A stretch of 63,319 nucleotides of DNA, counting the filler, from Octopus bimaculoides (Eukaryota): the NCBI RefSeq assembly GCF_001194135.2. It is 6 parts of 6 records of this genome, joined end to end, with 100 filler letters (N's around TTAATTAATTAA, not from the genome) between each part and the next. Parts side by side here need not be neighbours in the genome. Positions count along the whole stretch, not along the records: positions 54,489 to 63,319 come from NC_069006.1; 5 more parts are not named here. The stretch is one strand, 5' to 3'. Numbering within the stretch: position 1 is the first letter of the stretch; each line of letters begins with the position of its first letter. Made by a program: the position numbers and the translations under genes. Positions 63,090-63,319 of the stretch are shown piece by piece. The notes beneath the pieces are model-generated. The model ran no database searches. It was not told the origin of the DNA and worked only from the letters and a program-made list of their open reading frames with translations.

Positions 63090-63319
63090 GCACCAGCGCG
63101 TCGGATGTCAAAATCCCGACATGGTAACTGCTGCCCGAGGTTTTGTGATCACTGTAAAGTCTGTCTTGCTATCTCTTCGCCAAACCTACATTTCGGTCTG
63201 ACCGTGGTTGAACAAATATTTTGTACACTTGAAGAATTCCAACATGTTCATAGCCCAGAACTCTGACTTGAGTGCTTCTCTGGAAATGGCCTACATTTAC
63301 ACCTTACAAAGACCTTATA

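Overview
Repeat-saturated animal genomic DNA with many N gaps. The RTE tails ending in (GAT)n, tRNA-derived SINEs with internal microsatellites and the extreme microsatellite load suggest a coleoid cephalopod (Octopus); this is inference from recalled repeat families, not a search. The window is not one locus: five identical 100-nt spacers (N44-TTAATTAATTAA-N44) join six separate pieces (1-7735, 7836-15203, 15304-30808, 30909-50287, 50388-54388, 54489-63319). The only convincing host-gene signal is in piece 1 (+ strand): two paralogous 147-nt phase-1 exons encoding a 6-Cys/1-Trp extracellular module, with all Cys kept but heavy nonsynonymous divergence and a charge reversal, plus a 36-nt phase-1 exon encoding a TM end and basic stop-transfer motif (GVVYWILKRRKS). 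Near-identical inverted RTE tails bracket these exons. The rest is transposon debris: RTE, CR1-group and R4/Dong-like LINEs, Penelope-like fragments, a Ty3/Gypsy LTR-PBS-gag, Tc1 (TRT/DD37E-like), mariner, hAT and piggyBac-like remnants, several SINE families and a palindromic element. Non-coding highlights are several minimal hammerhead-like motifs (one with a complete catalytic core at 55437-55483) and a 3' tail shared by a CR1-group LINE and the commonest SINE. Almost all long ORFs in the supplied track are artefacts of N runs or microsatellites.
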